Below are positions 39,548 through 53,856 of a stretch of 64,000 bases of DNA, piece by piece. The DNA is taken from contig OZ024740.1 in NCBI GenBank assembly GCA_964016885.1, positions 121,520,001 through 121,584,000 of the forward strand, in the 5' to 3' direction. The DNA is from Eledone cirrhosa. Lineage: Eukaryota. The translations under genes and the position numbers were made by a program. Positions within the stretch are counted from its first letter, which is position 1, and each line of letters opens with the position of its first letter. The notes beneath the pieces are model-generated. The model did no database searches. It saw nothing but the letters and a program-made list of their open reading frames with translations, and was not told the DNA's origin.

Positions 39548-40569
39548 AAGGCCGTTCATAGCCTCTTTTTAAAGAAAGCAGTATTCATTGAAGTGGGTAA
39601 AGAAAACGGACCGCATGGTGGATGTCTATTCCTGTATTTGTTTAATTCTGTGTGAGTTAGTTTTGAGTGAAATTCTGGTAATTTTACTGGAACATTGTAA
39701 GTCCGATGGACTTATCACTTCATTCCAAATCTGTCAGCCCTCAACATGCGACGCAGTAAATACATAGCCCGACATTCTCGCCCCACCAATTTTTGATGAA
39801 CATATCACTGTTCAAAGGTTCAAACTGAACACCTACTGCATTGTTTTGTTTAGTCTGTTTGTTCAAGTAAATGTCATGGGCACTGATCCTCTTCTACAAA
39901 CCAGTTAATAAAAATATATTACATTCGTGTCTGAAAATTTAACTATTCTGAGAATATATTAAATCAACTGAGATTGAATACATTGCTATCATGAATGCAA
40001 CATGTCCTCTGTATTATTGTATAATGTATAGAAATTATTAGATACGATTGGTTTCACAAAATAACTACACAAATATTTCCATTCTCTTGATTATGAGAGG
40101 CACTTTCATCTTTTAAAGAAATAATTGTTCATAAGTTATAACTGGAAATAAAATATGCGTTAACTTCAAAGTATGTTTGATGCCTAAACCAATGAGAAGT
40201 AATTGTTTTGTTAAATATTTCCTTATTTTGATGAATATATGTCTATCGAATTTAAAGAGACTTGTTAATACTAAACATTTGAGTATAAGAATATATATCA
40301 CTGGATAATATATTTAACTATTTAGCAATATGGCAGATCATTTTTTGTTATTATTAACAAAATTGAACCATATTGTTGTGAACAAATTTATTTACATTTT
40401 AAAATGAAATGATTGATAATATTTTTCCAACGTTTAGCGAACAGGCATTTTGACTCATAAGAAATTTACAATAGTTACAATATAGATATTTTACTTAGGA
40501 TTGCATTTGAATTAAAAATATGTACGTCGTAGTTTAATCGACATAAAAACCGAGTTTACTATCATTGGA

Positions 40570-41010
40570 AGGCTAAGATCTTTGATACTTACACCCTACC
40601 AGTTGTGTTATATGGTCTTGACTGTGGTAATTGGACGGCAAGATCAATGCAGAAGCTCTCTACATTCCAGAACCATATCATGAGACTTATGACAGGCAAG
40701 CAGCTCAGCGACCATATCTGTATGAGTGAGCTACTCAACATTTCCAAGCTTAGACCAATTACATCAATTGTCAAGAGTACTCAAACTATATGGCCATATA
40801 AAAATATCAATTCGTGGTGTGAGTAGGTTATGCTTCTCCTACCAGCAAACCTTCCTGGAAGGAAGGTTTGCTGGTAGGAGAAGCAGAGACGGGCAGCCAA
40901 AACGATGGGTTGATAATGTCAACTTATGGACTGGACTTGATCTTTGCTCTTTGGACTCTGCTGCTGGTGATCGAACTTTGTCGAGAGACATATCAAATGT
41001 TAATGCACAG
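40570..41010 (+). mobile_element. RTE-like LINE 3' fragment (post-RT region)
   Basis: LPVVLYG...KLSTFQNHIMR, LKLYGHI, LEGRFAGRRSR.G.PKRWVDNV. Confidence 0.7.
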
Positions 41011-42407
41011 TCTGCAACTGGCGGAGTTTGGCGTCAGAAGATAAAGCTTAATCGACAAGGCTAGTAGATATTTAAGCTTACATACACTGATATGCTCAGT
41101 TCAGTTTAACATAGAGAAACAATGTGATTTCATTTCGATTTTGTATTTGTTTTGCAAAATTCATGATGGGAAAACGGGTGTTGAAACATGTTATACTTTA
41201 CGGCTGTCATGCCCCCCCCCCCCCCACACCAAATGAAATAAAATCAAAAATAAAAGACACACGCAGCATTTGAGCTTCACTTCAGCTTTATAGTTAATTA
41301 CGTCAAATGGCTTTGTACCGAAAGTGGAAATCATTATTAATTAAGTAACTGTTCCATTACTCGGTTAGTTTAGTATCCGATGGTTGTTTAATTGTCAAAG
41401 TTATTTCGTCACTCATTCTTTGACCTTTTCAATCCATATTCTCACTAGTCTGTGTCTCTGTTTTGATCTAATCATCTAATTAATCCGTCTTGTATTTTTG
41501 ATGCGCGTATGTGGCCTGCGCGTGGGTGTGTGTTTCTGTCCCTGTGTGTATATGTGTATGTTGTTACTTCCACAATCTTCTGTATTTGGCATACTCATAC
41601 GCGCGTGTATGTGTTCCTGTGTATGTATGTGTCTCTATACGTCTTGTGTCTCCTTCAATGATTTGGAAGCATATCTTTTTATTCTCTCTATCACACGTCA
41701 TTAGGTAGTTTATATCTAAATCTAAAAGATTGCATAGACAAACATATTTCCACCCCTGAACATAACTATTAACTAGTTGCGGGTGAGGAAAACAAAGAAA
41801 TAAAACATCTGAGCACAAAAACCTGGAAGAGAAACAATGAATACACACATACGTACAGAGGCACACATACAATTCGTTTTTCTGTATGTTTTACAAGATT
41901 CTGTAGGCGAAATTTTATGTTGAAACAGACATATATATTCTATGGGCGGGTCATGCTGCCAATAAAATATCACACGCACCAGATGAGTGTCACTTTAGTT
42001 TTATTATTAGTTAAATATTACGTGTGTTGAACGTATGTATTTATGCATTTGTATGTATGTCTTTGTGTGTGTACTCAAATACGAAACACAGAAACACATA
42101 AATTCACCTCTATACATATAAGCTATTATGTACTATAAGCATTTTAAAATGAAATCATCTTAATATGTAGCGTCATATTTGTTGATATATATATATAGTG
42201 AATAGCAGCTAATAGAGTTAAATGTATAAACTGCCATCGTGATGTTCAAATGAACGACAATAACGCTGTAATATGGAGTTTTACATTAACGCTAAAATAT
42301 AATGCCTTAAGGGAAACATGATTTCCATAAAAGATTATTATCTACTTTGAAAAACTTTTACACTAAAGAAATCTTAATTATAAACACACACACACGCACA
42401 CACACAA

Positions 42408-42442
<35 letters not shown>

Positions 42443-43378
42443 ATACACACTCACACACACATACATTCTCCAGAGCACATTTAATCTCATAATGAACATA
42501 CTATGCAAAGTTACCCTGGACAAAGCAGTGACAATGCTTTTAAATATATCAACATTATATGTCACTGACACGAAATGAAGGAGTAAACAAAAATGTGATG
42601 TCTAGAAAATATCCGAAAATATCCATATACATTCATAAGCCGAAATAAAAATATCCTGATTTTAACATAGCATGTTATAGATTAGACAAGATAATTGTAA
42701 TAGAAGTTTTATTCGCATTTTATATTACCTAATATTAAACATTGTAATTGTTTCTTCCGCATCCACAAAGGTCTAGGTTAGATCCCTCTGCGAGGTACTT
42801 CGTGTAAGTGTCTTCTAATGTCGATTTGGGTCAACTCTTGGTTTGGAATTTCTGATTAGAATATGTTAGAAGAAATGTGCATCAAATAGTGTTGTTTATT
42901 TGAAGTGGTAAGCAAGGAATCAACTATGCTGAAATTCAATTGAAACATTGAACGTCGGAAAGTTATAGACTAGAAGTTCTTAAAGAAATGCTTGAACTCA
43001 GGGAATGTGTCTATCATTAGCCTTCTTTATGAATCTTGGACAATTGATAAGTGGTCCATAGTTTCCGCAGTGTATCAATACAGATAATCTTAAGAGTTTT
43101 ATAACAATAAGATAGTTCATCGATAAAGGCTCTCTTACTCCATTATTTCAGCGTGAATAGCGTAATTCTTTACTGCGCATGGCATATCTACCGTAACTCT
43201 GGGCACAAATTCTCCGTGCAAAAATGTATATTTTCCTAATCTCTGGCATAAATTTGATTTTACACGAAAAAAAGCAAAAAAAAACAAATCAGAAAAAAAC
43301 ACCCACACACACTGTATATTCCTGTACCGTCTTTAACGTCTCATTAATGTTAGCCCAGTGAGGCTAATAAAGAAAGCA

Positions 43379-43818
43379 TTATTATTATTATTATTATTTT
43401 TTTTATTTTCCTTCATTATTGTTTCTGAGATATATGCCGAGTGTCTTCCTGACACCTAGGGCAAATACATTCACAGTGTGCATTGGCAAGCCAGTTGATA
43501 CAGCACATTGATTATAATAAAAAAAAAAAACAGTATACATATATACACATGTGCATATGCATATGTAAATACAAGGAGGGATATCAATCTTACAGAGATA
43601 GTGCTCTTCTCAATACGTGTGCAGTACCAGTCAAAACAATTTTTTGCACCTCGTGCAGAGAGAGTAAACCAGGAATCATTCGCAAATATTGTTCTGTTCC
43701 TTTCTTGATCATTCCCAGTCCTCCCACAATCACTGGTATTGTAACGGCCTTGAGGTGCCACATTTTCTCAATTTCAATAAGCAGATCTTTATATTTTTGT
43801 AGCTTGTCAAATTCTTTT
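43379..43818 (-). mobile_element. 5'-truncated R4/Dong-type LINE 3' end with (TAA)n tail
   Basis: Minus strand reads DKLQKYKDLLIEIEKMWHLKAVTIPVIVGGLGMIKKG...LTGTAHVLRRALSL*. Confidence 0.85.
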
Positions 43819-43819
43819 T

Positions 43820-46800
43820 ATGATTATTATTATAGTTGCATTTATCTTGCTTTATGATCATACGAGTTATCACCAAGTCACAACCAGTGACCTCAAGAGA
43901 CAACAAGGTCCGCCATGTTCAAGAAAGAACATATATACACGCACATGCATCTTTAGGTGTTTAGACTTGTGGTGTACTTATATTGACAGAATCTTCATTA
44001 GTATATAGGCAGTTCCCATTAGTACTATAGTTTGTATTTCTCCTATACGCGGATTTCCTGGGATTTGCGATAAGTAATCATTAAACCCCTTAGGTATCAT
44101 TCCTAGAGTGCCTACAATCACTAGTATTGTTTTAGTTCTCAATTTCCACAATTTTCCAATTTCAATCTCCAGGTCCTTATACTTGCTCAATTTTTCAAAT
44201 GTTTTTATAGATACATTCTTGTCTATTGGAACAGACATATCAATTAGCAGGCATACCCTCTTTTTAAAGTCCTTCTGTATTATAGCAGGTCTATTTGCAT
44301 CTATTTTTCGGTCTGTTTTGATGCTAAAGTTCCACAAGATTGAGATGTGATCTTTTTCAAGTATGGGAGATGGTTGATGCTCCCACCAATTCTTTTGATA
44401 GGGCAGCACAAAATGCTTACACATTATCCAATGTATGTATTGTGCAGCTCTGTCATTCCTGTTTAGGTATTTGGTTGGAGCTATAGGATTGCACATTGAA
44501 ATTATATGACCAATTGTCTCTGGTTGCTTTTTACATACACGGCATAATGGGTTCCATCCATTTTTTATTATGTTGGCTTGGTAATTTTTTGTTTGCAGAC
44601 ACTGATCTTGTGCTGATATAATCAGTCCTTCAGTCTCCGATTTCAGTCCAGAGGATGCCAACCACTGATGGGTTAAAGTTTTGTCAACATCAGGATTGTT
44701 AGCTCTTTCTTCGGTATGTTCCATACATAGGCTTTTCTTGCAATTTCTTAGCCAGTTTCTGTAGCAGTTCTTTCTTTGCAGTTACTTTTACCTGCTTTGC
44801 TTATTCTTTGTTTTCTATTTCAGCAGTAAATGGGACTTCTGAAATGGGTAGTCCATTACTGTATCTTTGTGCATCTTTTGTAATGGAGTATGATCTTTCG
44901 TGTTTCAAAACGAGTTTAGTCATCCAATCATGTGATTCCCTAAGATATGTAGATAATCCAATTGTTAAGTTTTCAAAGCAATATCTAACTGGATTAACCC
45001 ACGTCCTCCTTTCCTAGGGAGATATATTCTATCTGTATCTGCCTTAGGGTGATGCATTCTGTCATGGTTAAGTTTTTTCTAATTTTTGTATCGAGCCTAC
45101 GGATCTCTATGCTTGACCAGTTGATGACATTGTAACTGTATGTTACTACTGGTATGGCAAGCGTGTTTATGGCATCGATCTTATTCCTTGCATTTAATTC
45201 CGTTCTTAAGATTGCTCTTACTCTGCGGTAACATTCCTTCCTTATCTTTTCCCTCATTGTCGAGTGCTTGATCACGTCTCCTTCACAAACACCTAGATAT
45301 TTGTAAGATTCCTCTTGATCAAGTTCTCTTATCACATTCCCCCGATCAAGATTAATGTCTGAACTTTTCAGCAGCTTTCCTCTGGTGAATGTTGCTTTGG
45401 CGCATTTATCTAGTCCAAACTCCATTTTAATGTCATCACTGAACTGCTCCATCGTGGATAATAACCCTTGCAATTGTTCATCATTTTTTTCAAGTAGTTT
45501 CAGGTCATCCATGTAGAACAGGTGATTAATGGTTTTGTCATAGACATTATATCCATGTTTTGTTTCATTGAGCATTTTATATAAATGGTATAAGTGCGAT
45601 GCAGAATAAACGCAGTGATAAAGAGTCACCCTGAAAAATTCCACAATTAATATTAACTTCTCCAGCTTCCAGTGATTTTTTTTCACTATTCAAAAGGAGT
45701 GTCGTTTTCCATGTCTTCATACTGAATGACAGGAATTCCTGACAACGGGAGATATTTTGAAAATCTCTCATTTTTCAAACCAACTGTGTGGCAAACTATC
45801 GAATGCTTTTTTATAATCTATCCAAGCAATTGATAGATGTGTGTGTCTATTATGACAATCTTCCAGTATCATTTTGTTAACCAAAAGCTAAACCTTACAG
45901 CCATAGGAGCTTCGTTTGCACCCTTTCTGCTCATTGGGAAATAGATAATTTGTTATCAGGTGGTCATATGTATATTCAGTTAGGACTGATGTTAAAATGT
46001 TATACATTGAGGTCAAGCAAGTTATCGGTCTGTAATATTTGGGATTGTTTGTCTCATCATTCTTCGGAAGCAGGAATGTTAACTAGCCATGATGCTATCT
46101 TTTCTGGCTCCTTAACTATTTCATTGTAAAGTTGGGCTAACAGCTCATGAGACTCTGGGAACGCATTTATCCAACAATTTGGTATTTTGTCTTTTCCTGG
46201 GGATTTCCATTTGCTGGTTTTTCTAAGAGCGAAACGCAACTGTTCAACTGTTATATTTGTCCATATTTGTTCCTCGAGGCGAGCTGTATCTTTCATTTGT
46301 CTGTCTATCCATTGGGCATGTATATTATGAACTTTTTCTCAGGCCAAGATCTTTTCCCAGAATTCTTGCACTTCCTCCTTGGGTGGTAATGATTTAGCAG
46401 TTATTGTTGACTTGCCATTTTTTTTGTAGAAGTTTCTTTGGTTGTTTTTGAACATATTATTGTCCTTATAGAATCTAGATCGTTTTTCAAAGCGCCTTAC
46501 ACGAGCAGCTTTGGCCGACACTTTTTGCTTGATTATTTCTATCAGCATGTCTATGTCACTTGTTGATTTTATACTGTATTTTCTTTTCAATCTTCTAAGT
46601 TTAGTTTGTTTAACATGTTCACCTACTTTGTAGTTTGTTAAAATTTCTATGTCAGATCGGAGAAGGTTTATTTGGCGATTGATGTTCTCTTGCCAAGTAG
46701 GTTTCTTGTGGGAATTCCTTTGTTTTTTCATCTTCACTCCACATAAGTGAGTGGTGACTTTAGCCGATGCATAATAGAGATGATTTAAATCAGTAATGTT

Positions 46801-47740
46801 TAGTTTGTTTGTGATGATAATGTTTTTGAGAATTATGTTAGTCTTTTGGTTCTGTTTGGAGTTCTGGATCTTAGGGAGAATGTCTCGTTCCCCCATGTCA
46901 GATTCTTTCATTTTCATCCAGTCGATCATAATTTCATCCGTCAAGTTCGCAGGTTCGTTCTCATTCATTTCTTTATCATTTACGATCTCATTGTTTTCAT
47001 ATTTGAGTTTCATCTTGAGCATGCACTCCCTCCACTTTTTCGATCCTTTATTTCATTTGTTCTGTTGTCAGTGATTCCGCTCCAACCCTGGGATTCGAAG
47101 TGTTACAATTTACTGCGTTTTCACTGACACATCTTTCATTTTCCCTACGCTGCCTTTGTGCTAATAGCTTGATCTGATCAATTTCTATATCAGTTAGTAA
47201 CTTTTTAACAATATTTCCTTGTATATTGGCTAGTTTGTTACTGTCAATACAGCCTCTGTTTTCGGGATGTTTCTTTTTCCAGTTGATATATGTCTGTTCA
47301 TGGGTATTACATGGCAGTGTAGAGAAAGCCTCAAAAACTTCTTTATTATCTTCCCTTGACCATTTCTCTCTCTTTTTCTTTGGATTTCTTGGTGGTGAGC
47401 ATGGAGGGCCAACAGTCGGAGTATTCCGGTTATGGGAGGTCTCCAGCTCCGAAGTGATGGGAAGGTTTGAACCATTAGCTGATTTTTCGACCCCAGTCTG
47501 GTTACTCTCTGAGGTACGGGGCCCTTTTTGACCCGGGTGTCGGCCGATCCGGTATGAGATTTTATCATTTGACATTTACTTTATTTTGTCGCGTTTTATC
47601 CTTAACCGCCAAGGGGTAATCATTTCGTGTTACCACTTCTAGGACGAGTGTCAACCAAGACTAGAGGGGTCATCCTCTCCTAGAGACACTGCTATTGCCC
47701 GCCGGCCGCCATCCCGATATTTCTTGGTCAAGGGGTTTTC
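43820..47740 (-). mobile_element. Near full-length degenerate R4/Dong-type LINE
   Basis: ORF pieces 47048-47575, 46339-47022, 46057-46296 (WKSPGKD), 45577-45771 (GIFQGDSLS), 44994-45686 (HLFYMDDLKL) and 43978-44724 (CRVC...HIISMC, IDMSVP, KYKDL); (TAA)n tail. Confidence 0.92.
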
Positions 47741-47819
47741 TTTTTTGTTGTTTTCTTAAATTGTTATTACCATGAGTGGTTCCTTAATGTGAGCATTGCG
47801 TCGCTTAAGAATGAAATTA

Positions 47820-48008
47820 TGGATTGACAGTATCGGTAGAGGGTCGGACGCCATGCTTTGACGCATAGAGCTACGGCCCTTTCCATTCTGAGTTCAAATC
47901 CCGCCGAGGTTAACTTTGCCTTTCATCCTTACGGGGTCGATAAAATAAAGTACCAGTCATGTACTGGATAATTGCTGGCCTTGTGCCAAACGTAGAAACA
48001 ATTATTAA
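47820..48008 (+). mobile_element. SINE
   Basis: Close match to 3153-3340. Confidence 0.88.
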
Positions 48009-48249
48009 TAATATAATATACTTTTTGCTGAAGTTCCCTGTTATTGTTGTTGGCTATATCGGTGGAGGTGCTGGGGCTTTTTCTATTGTTGGTGGGAAAG
48101 GCACCCAGCAGTGCCATAGTCGTTGACATTTGACCGAGTCACTAAGTCAATCTATTTATATATTTTGCTAGCCTCTCCCTTGTCTAGTGATACCGCCACC
48201 TTCCAATTTCTTAAGTTAACAGAAGGTACTGGGGAATAGTTGTGATAGC

Positions 48250-48885
48250 AATGAAGGAGTGGTGGCGGCGGTGATGGGATAGTGGTAGCAATGATGGATG
48301 AAGTGGTGGCGGCCGTAACTATAGTGATGGCGTTGTCGTTACTGAGTTTTGTTGAATAGACTGTAGTTTGTTTGATCTGTGTATCTATGCGGTTAGTCGC
48401 GTATGTTTAATATATGTGTTGGTCCTTAATATTTGAATTAAACATTTTGAGAAAACTTGAGATACAATAATAGTAATTATTATTATTATGCTGGGATTGG
48501 TGGTGGTGGTGGTGGTGAAATTGCCGTTATCACGCTGTTGTATTTAGTGTACACAGAGGAGTGATGGGATAGTTGGTGTATCTAGTTTGTAGTGTTAGTG
48601 AAATTGCTGTTATTTGGCTGTTCTATATAGTGTAGACAGAGGGGGTTTTCTTCCATTTATAACCATTTTCCTTTTTGAATATAAAATTTATAATACAAAA
48701 TTGAATATTTCAGCGATATAACAGGATATTATGGATCCGAATTTTCTGAGAGTTGAGGCTGGTGCTTAATGTATCATTTGTACTAAGAATTGTTATATCA
48801 CAATTGTTTTAAATATGTTAAACATCAAAAACTTACGGGAGCGATTTCATGACCTTCTATCCACCACGTGCGTCTTCTTCCCTTC
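48250..48885. repeat. Unclassified interspersed repeat A, copy 1
   Basis: Diverged direct copy at about 62790-63228; both copies end aacttacgggagcgatttcatgacc...cgtgcgtcttcttccct followed by (TTA)n. Confidence 0.8.
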
Positions 48886-48899
48886 TTTATTATTATTAT

Positions 48900-51800
48900 C
48901 ACCCGATTTGTGCAAGGACCACCAGCTACGGACGGTGACTTACCGCACTGTAAGCAAAATCTCACATCGGGTGGAGAGAGCCACGGAGGCTCAAATCCAA
49001 AAGGCCTGGGGTGCGCCTGGGCAAGCAAAACCCACATCACCCGAAGCAGAAAGTACGCCACAGTAGACGTACTTTTCGCCACCCCCAAAGTCTCACTCTT
49101 TGGAAACCCTAAAGAGTGAGGAGATAGTTTTGGTGCCCTCCTACTGCGGGCAGAAAATTGTTACGGTCAAAGTGACCCAGGTCCCACCCGACGTGTCCAT
49201 ACCTTCGCTGGCTGCATCTGTCCTTGCTGGAATCGAGAAAAAATAGGGAGAGAGAACTGGTCAGATATAGGCACGCAACTGCTTATGCAAACTGCCCAGG
49301 AATGTATCGACGCTATCTCCTATATCATAGACATAGAGGAAGGACTCCAACTCCCTATAAGTGTAGAAGGAAGACGGCCAAAATGTTATCTCTGTGGGTC
49401 GAAGGGTCACCTCAGGGCCTTTTGACCGAAGAAGACAGCGAAGAAGAAGTCCCCTCTCCTTCCAATACCTGGTCCGCTGTTACCAAGAGCAGGGCAGGAA
49501 ACAAAGGCAGAAGCCCCTTCCACGGTGAGTAGGAGGGCAACGTCCGTAGTACCCGTACCATGGCCACGGACAACTAAAGCAGCATCATCAGTGGCGGCAA
49601 CACCAATAGCTATATTTGAAGTAGCTACACCAGCAACAAAATTGCCGAAGAGGGCTCCACTACCACCACCAACAGCCGTGGAGCACATACCACTCTCAGA
49701 CGCCACAGAATCCGACATGGAGTTTGAGGTGGGAGTGAAGTGGCAAACGGTCTGCCACAAAAATGAAAAAAGAAAAAACCCTTAGATTCACACTCCAAAA
49801 GCGAAGGCATACAATGAGGGGTAAAGGGAGAAAGGAAACTTGCTGCAACACCACCACCATCACCACCACAAGCACCACTGACAACAAAAACAACACCACC
49901 TCCAGCATCACCAAAAACATCAACAACACAAACAAAACAAGACACACACACCAAACAGTAACAAGAAGAAAACAGCAATAAAATCACACCTCACCTCAAA
50001 AAGTACACAGCCATAAACATGGCAAAAAAATAACTCATACAATATATAAAACAGCACACAGACATCACAGAAAAAAAATACTACACCCCACCAACACCAA
50101 GAATTCTCCCGACAAATATAAGCATCATTGAAATCTCACTAGAACAGTACAAACCTTTAAAACAAAAATTCCCCAACGCAGTTGGAGACTTATGAGGGTC
50201 GGTTACCAAGAGGATATACACTGACATCCTCTTGGAAACACCCATGACCAGCGAAAGGGACGGTTCTGCTGTCCCTTCACCACACGATCAAGGTAAGTGA
50301 CCCTTTCTCACTTGCCCCGTTTCTCATCCAACAAGGCCGTACTCAGAATAGGCAGTATAAATGCACGTGGCCTGGGGTCATCTTGGAAGCATGGTCACCT
50401 GCTCAACGACCTCAGGTCACTAAACACAAATGTGGTGGCCATCTGTGAAACCAGAACCTCCGAAGCACAAGCCTTCGCACCGATCTTCGGCGGCTACTAT
50501 GTATACGCATCTCCCAGCCGTCCAGGACCGGAGCGAGGGTTTTCCGTCCTTTTTCGGAGAGGCTTGGATCTCGCCATACGGGCCATCTTCCTAGACACAG
50601 AAGGTAACTCGGTGGTGCTGGACGTGACCGGCAGCGAAGGCAATGCTTTCAGGCTAGTAGCCGTGTACGCCCCAAATGGGGCAGGGCGGCCAGATTCTTC
50701 AGACGTCTAGAGACCTTTCTTGGAACGTACCTTTAGTGGGCGACTGGAACGGTATCTTGGATGCACGCTGGGATTGTGTGGGGCTAGTGCATAGGGGAGG
50801 AGGGTGCAAGAGCCTCACCAACCTGCTCCAACCGTTTTGAACTGTCTGACAGGTATCGACTGGATCACCCAAATGTGCCAATGTGGACATGGACAAACCG
50901 CATCGGATCATCGAGATCGTATCTCGATAGGGTATTCTGCAGAGAACTGGATAAGGCTAGTATTAGTTGTCCACAATTTAAAATAGTCGACTACACAGAC
51001 CATAAATTTGTGATCTTTGAGATCGACATAGACGAACTTCATAGACAAGGACCCGGTTACTGGAAGCTGAACGCGTCTCTCCCGGCGCGCAAAGCCTTCA
51101 GAGGCCTGATTAGCGTATTCATTAAATGGGCGTTGACGGGAGCGGTCGTCAAAATCAGGTGGTGGTTCGCCCTGAATATGGCTATTAAAGTAGAGTCGAT
51201 TAGGTTTAGCAAAGGACAAGTGATAGAGGACAATAGAATAGAGGGAAAGCTAGAAGAGGCGATTAGGACAAGCATCGCAACCGACGTGCTTGGGGCGAGT
51301 TTGGCACTTGACCAGTTCTTCAACGCAAAATACAAAGGCTGTGTTGTCAGAGCTAGAGCGCGTGCTCTGAAACACGAGGGGACAAAAGCCGTCCAATGAG
51401 CCCGCGTGGCAGAGGCGCGACGTGGCAACAAAGCCACAATTCGGTCTTTATCAGACCAAATCGGGCGCGTGTTGCTCGAACACGAGCCGATGTGTGAGGC
51501 TTTTCAGCAGCACTTTGTTGAACTGTTCGGGAGCAGCGGCGGGCCGGATCGTGGCATGGACTTCAGTGCATACCTCGACTGACTGCCTCGGTTCTCGACG
51601 ACTGCAGCACAATGTTGCGCAAAGCCAATAATTGCCGGTGAAATACGGGGAGCGATGGCTAACTGCACGAGGGTATATCGCCAGGTTTGGATGGTCTGCC
51701 CTACGAACTTTATGCATTTATGCCAGACTTGTTCGGTGACATCCCGACAGACATCTACTGCAACTGGCAGCAGAACGGGAGTATTCCCAGTTTTGTGAGC

Positions 51801-53850
51801 CGGGGAGCGGTGACGCTGCTGAGAAAAGACCCGAACAAGGGGGAATTTATCGATAACTTCAAGTCCATAACCCTACTAAACGCAGAGTTCAAGATTTTGG
51901 CCAATTATTAGCAACGACGTTGGCACTTGTCGTCAAGGGCCTGGTGGGAGAGGCGCAGAGATGAGCCATTCCGGACAGATACATACACGACAACCTCCAA
52001 CTCATGCGATATATCATAGAGAGGGTGGTTAAGGAACCTGGCCTGGGTGGGGCCTTGATCAACTTGGAGCAATCCAAAGCATTCGAACGGTCGACTATCG
52101 GTATCTGGCAGCGGTCCTCGAGGCAGCCGGTTTCGGGCCCGCTTTCAGGGGTTGGATCGCTGCGATGTACAGCGAGATCTGCTCAGTTGTCAGGGTGAAC
52201 GGTCACCTGTCGCAGCCGTTCAGCTTCATGCGCTCTGTCCGCCAGGTTTGTCCCCTCTCGACCCTCTTGTACGTATTGGTTCTCAAGCCGCTACTGCACA
52301 AACTGGGGGTGATGAGGGGCGTCCCACGCGAACTAGGAAGCAGGAAATCCGAGTCGGCTTGCGCCGACGACGTCCCCTACGTTGCGTCCAGCACCAGACA
52401 CGTCCAGATGCTCGGCAGCGCTCTCAAGGAGTACGATCCGGTGACAGGAGAAAAGATAAACCAGGAAAGATCGGTGGGCTTGCTGCTTGGCACCTGTAGA
52501 GGCAAGACCATGCTGTCCGACAGCGTCGTTGGGCTTTGGACAGACGGACCGGTTAAATTGTTCGGGTTCTGGTTCGAACCGGGCCTCCAGGTGGATAAAA
52601 CTGGAGCGAGGTGACGAGCAAGGTGACCTCCCTCACCCAGAAATGGGTCGAGAAGAAGCTGTCCCTGAAAGGCCGGGCGGAGGTGGCGAATGCGTACATC
52701 GCCTCTGTCATCTGCTACCGCCTCACCGTCGTCCCTTGCTCCGGCCCAACTCTCACCAAAATGCAGCGCCTCCTCTTCCGATTTTTGGGGAAGGGACGCG
52801 CTCCCATTGTCAGACGATACATCTGCTGTCAACACCCGTTGCGTGGTGGACTAGGCATGCCATGGCTGATGATGCGCAAACATGCGCTGAGGCTGCGATA
52901 TCTCTGGTGCTTCCTTGACGGTGAACAGGTGTGGTCGCCGTTCGCCAGGCACGTTTTCCCACAGCTCGTCTCCTAGAAATTGGAATGTCTCCAGGCACTC
53001 ACCGCCCTCTGCCAGCTGGGCTCCAGTATCGGTGGAACATCCACCTCGGCGTTCTATATAGGACTAGTAGTAGGGAAGAGCGACGACGTTGCCGGAGAGA
53101 TCCGGGGCGTCGAATAATATCAGCTGTTTGCTCTCATCCGGAGAATTTTGAGTCCAGGGCCTATGGATAACTTCCCAAAATCCCTGGTCTGGCAGTGCTA
53201 CAGGGGAGCGTTGCCGGTTCGAGATAAGCTCTACAGGCACGAAAGTGCCGTCAGCCAAGCCAGTCCGAGATACGCGCAGAATGACGAAACCGTGGTGCAC
53301 GCACTCGTTCAGTGCCCGAGCATTGCTGACTTGTGGAGCTATGTCGAACAGTTGCTGTCGCGTGTAGGACTGACCCGGTTATCGACTGAGTCCATTGTGC
53401 AGATGGTCACGCCGTCTTCCTTCGAGGAGAAAGGGCAGGCGGTTTTCACTTGCCTGGTGGCCATAGCAAAAGAGATTGTGTGGTGGACAAGGTTGAAAGG
53501 GTTAAAGACAGACACTTTCCTCTTCGGCGAATCCCTAATAAACTTTTTCAAGTTTCACTTGAAGAGAAAAATCAGGGTGGAGTAGCAAGTGCTACCCTCT
53601 AGCAAGTTTGTTGAAAGGTGGGTGAATGTAGCGAGAATGGTCCGAGTGAACAGGACCGCTCTGAATATACGCCCGTAGTTTGAGAAATGGAAAAATTGAG
53701 AGAGGGCGCTTGCTCTGGTGGTCACGGTGGCCGTGGTCTTTTGTGTGGTTTCGCCACGAGTAAGCCCCGGAGGTTTCCCTCCTATTGGGGAATTTTTCAT
53801 TGTTTCCATTTTCATTTTTATTGTTTATATACATATATGTTTCTATGTCT
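48900..53850 (+). mobile_element. Near full-length degenerate Tx1-type LINE (ORF1 remnant; ORF2 APE, RT, CCHC)
   Basis: ORF1 zinc-knuckle remnant EGRRPKCYLCGSKGHL at about 49370-49417; APE motifs SINARGL, VYAPN, GDWN, SYLDR, TDH; RT motifs DGLPYE, CPLS, CADD; many stops and frameshifts. Confidence 0.9.
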
Positions 53851-53856
53851 TTAAAG

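Noticed and set aside
48828-48845. aacttacggg as a U1 snRNA 5' end (possible Tx1 target)
   Set aside because: Only acttac matches ATACTTACCTGG and the following sequence is not U1-like
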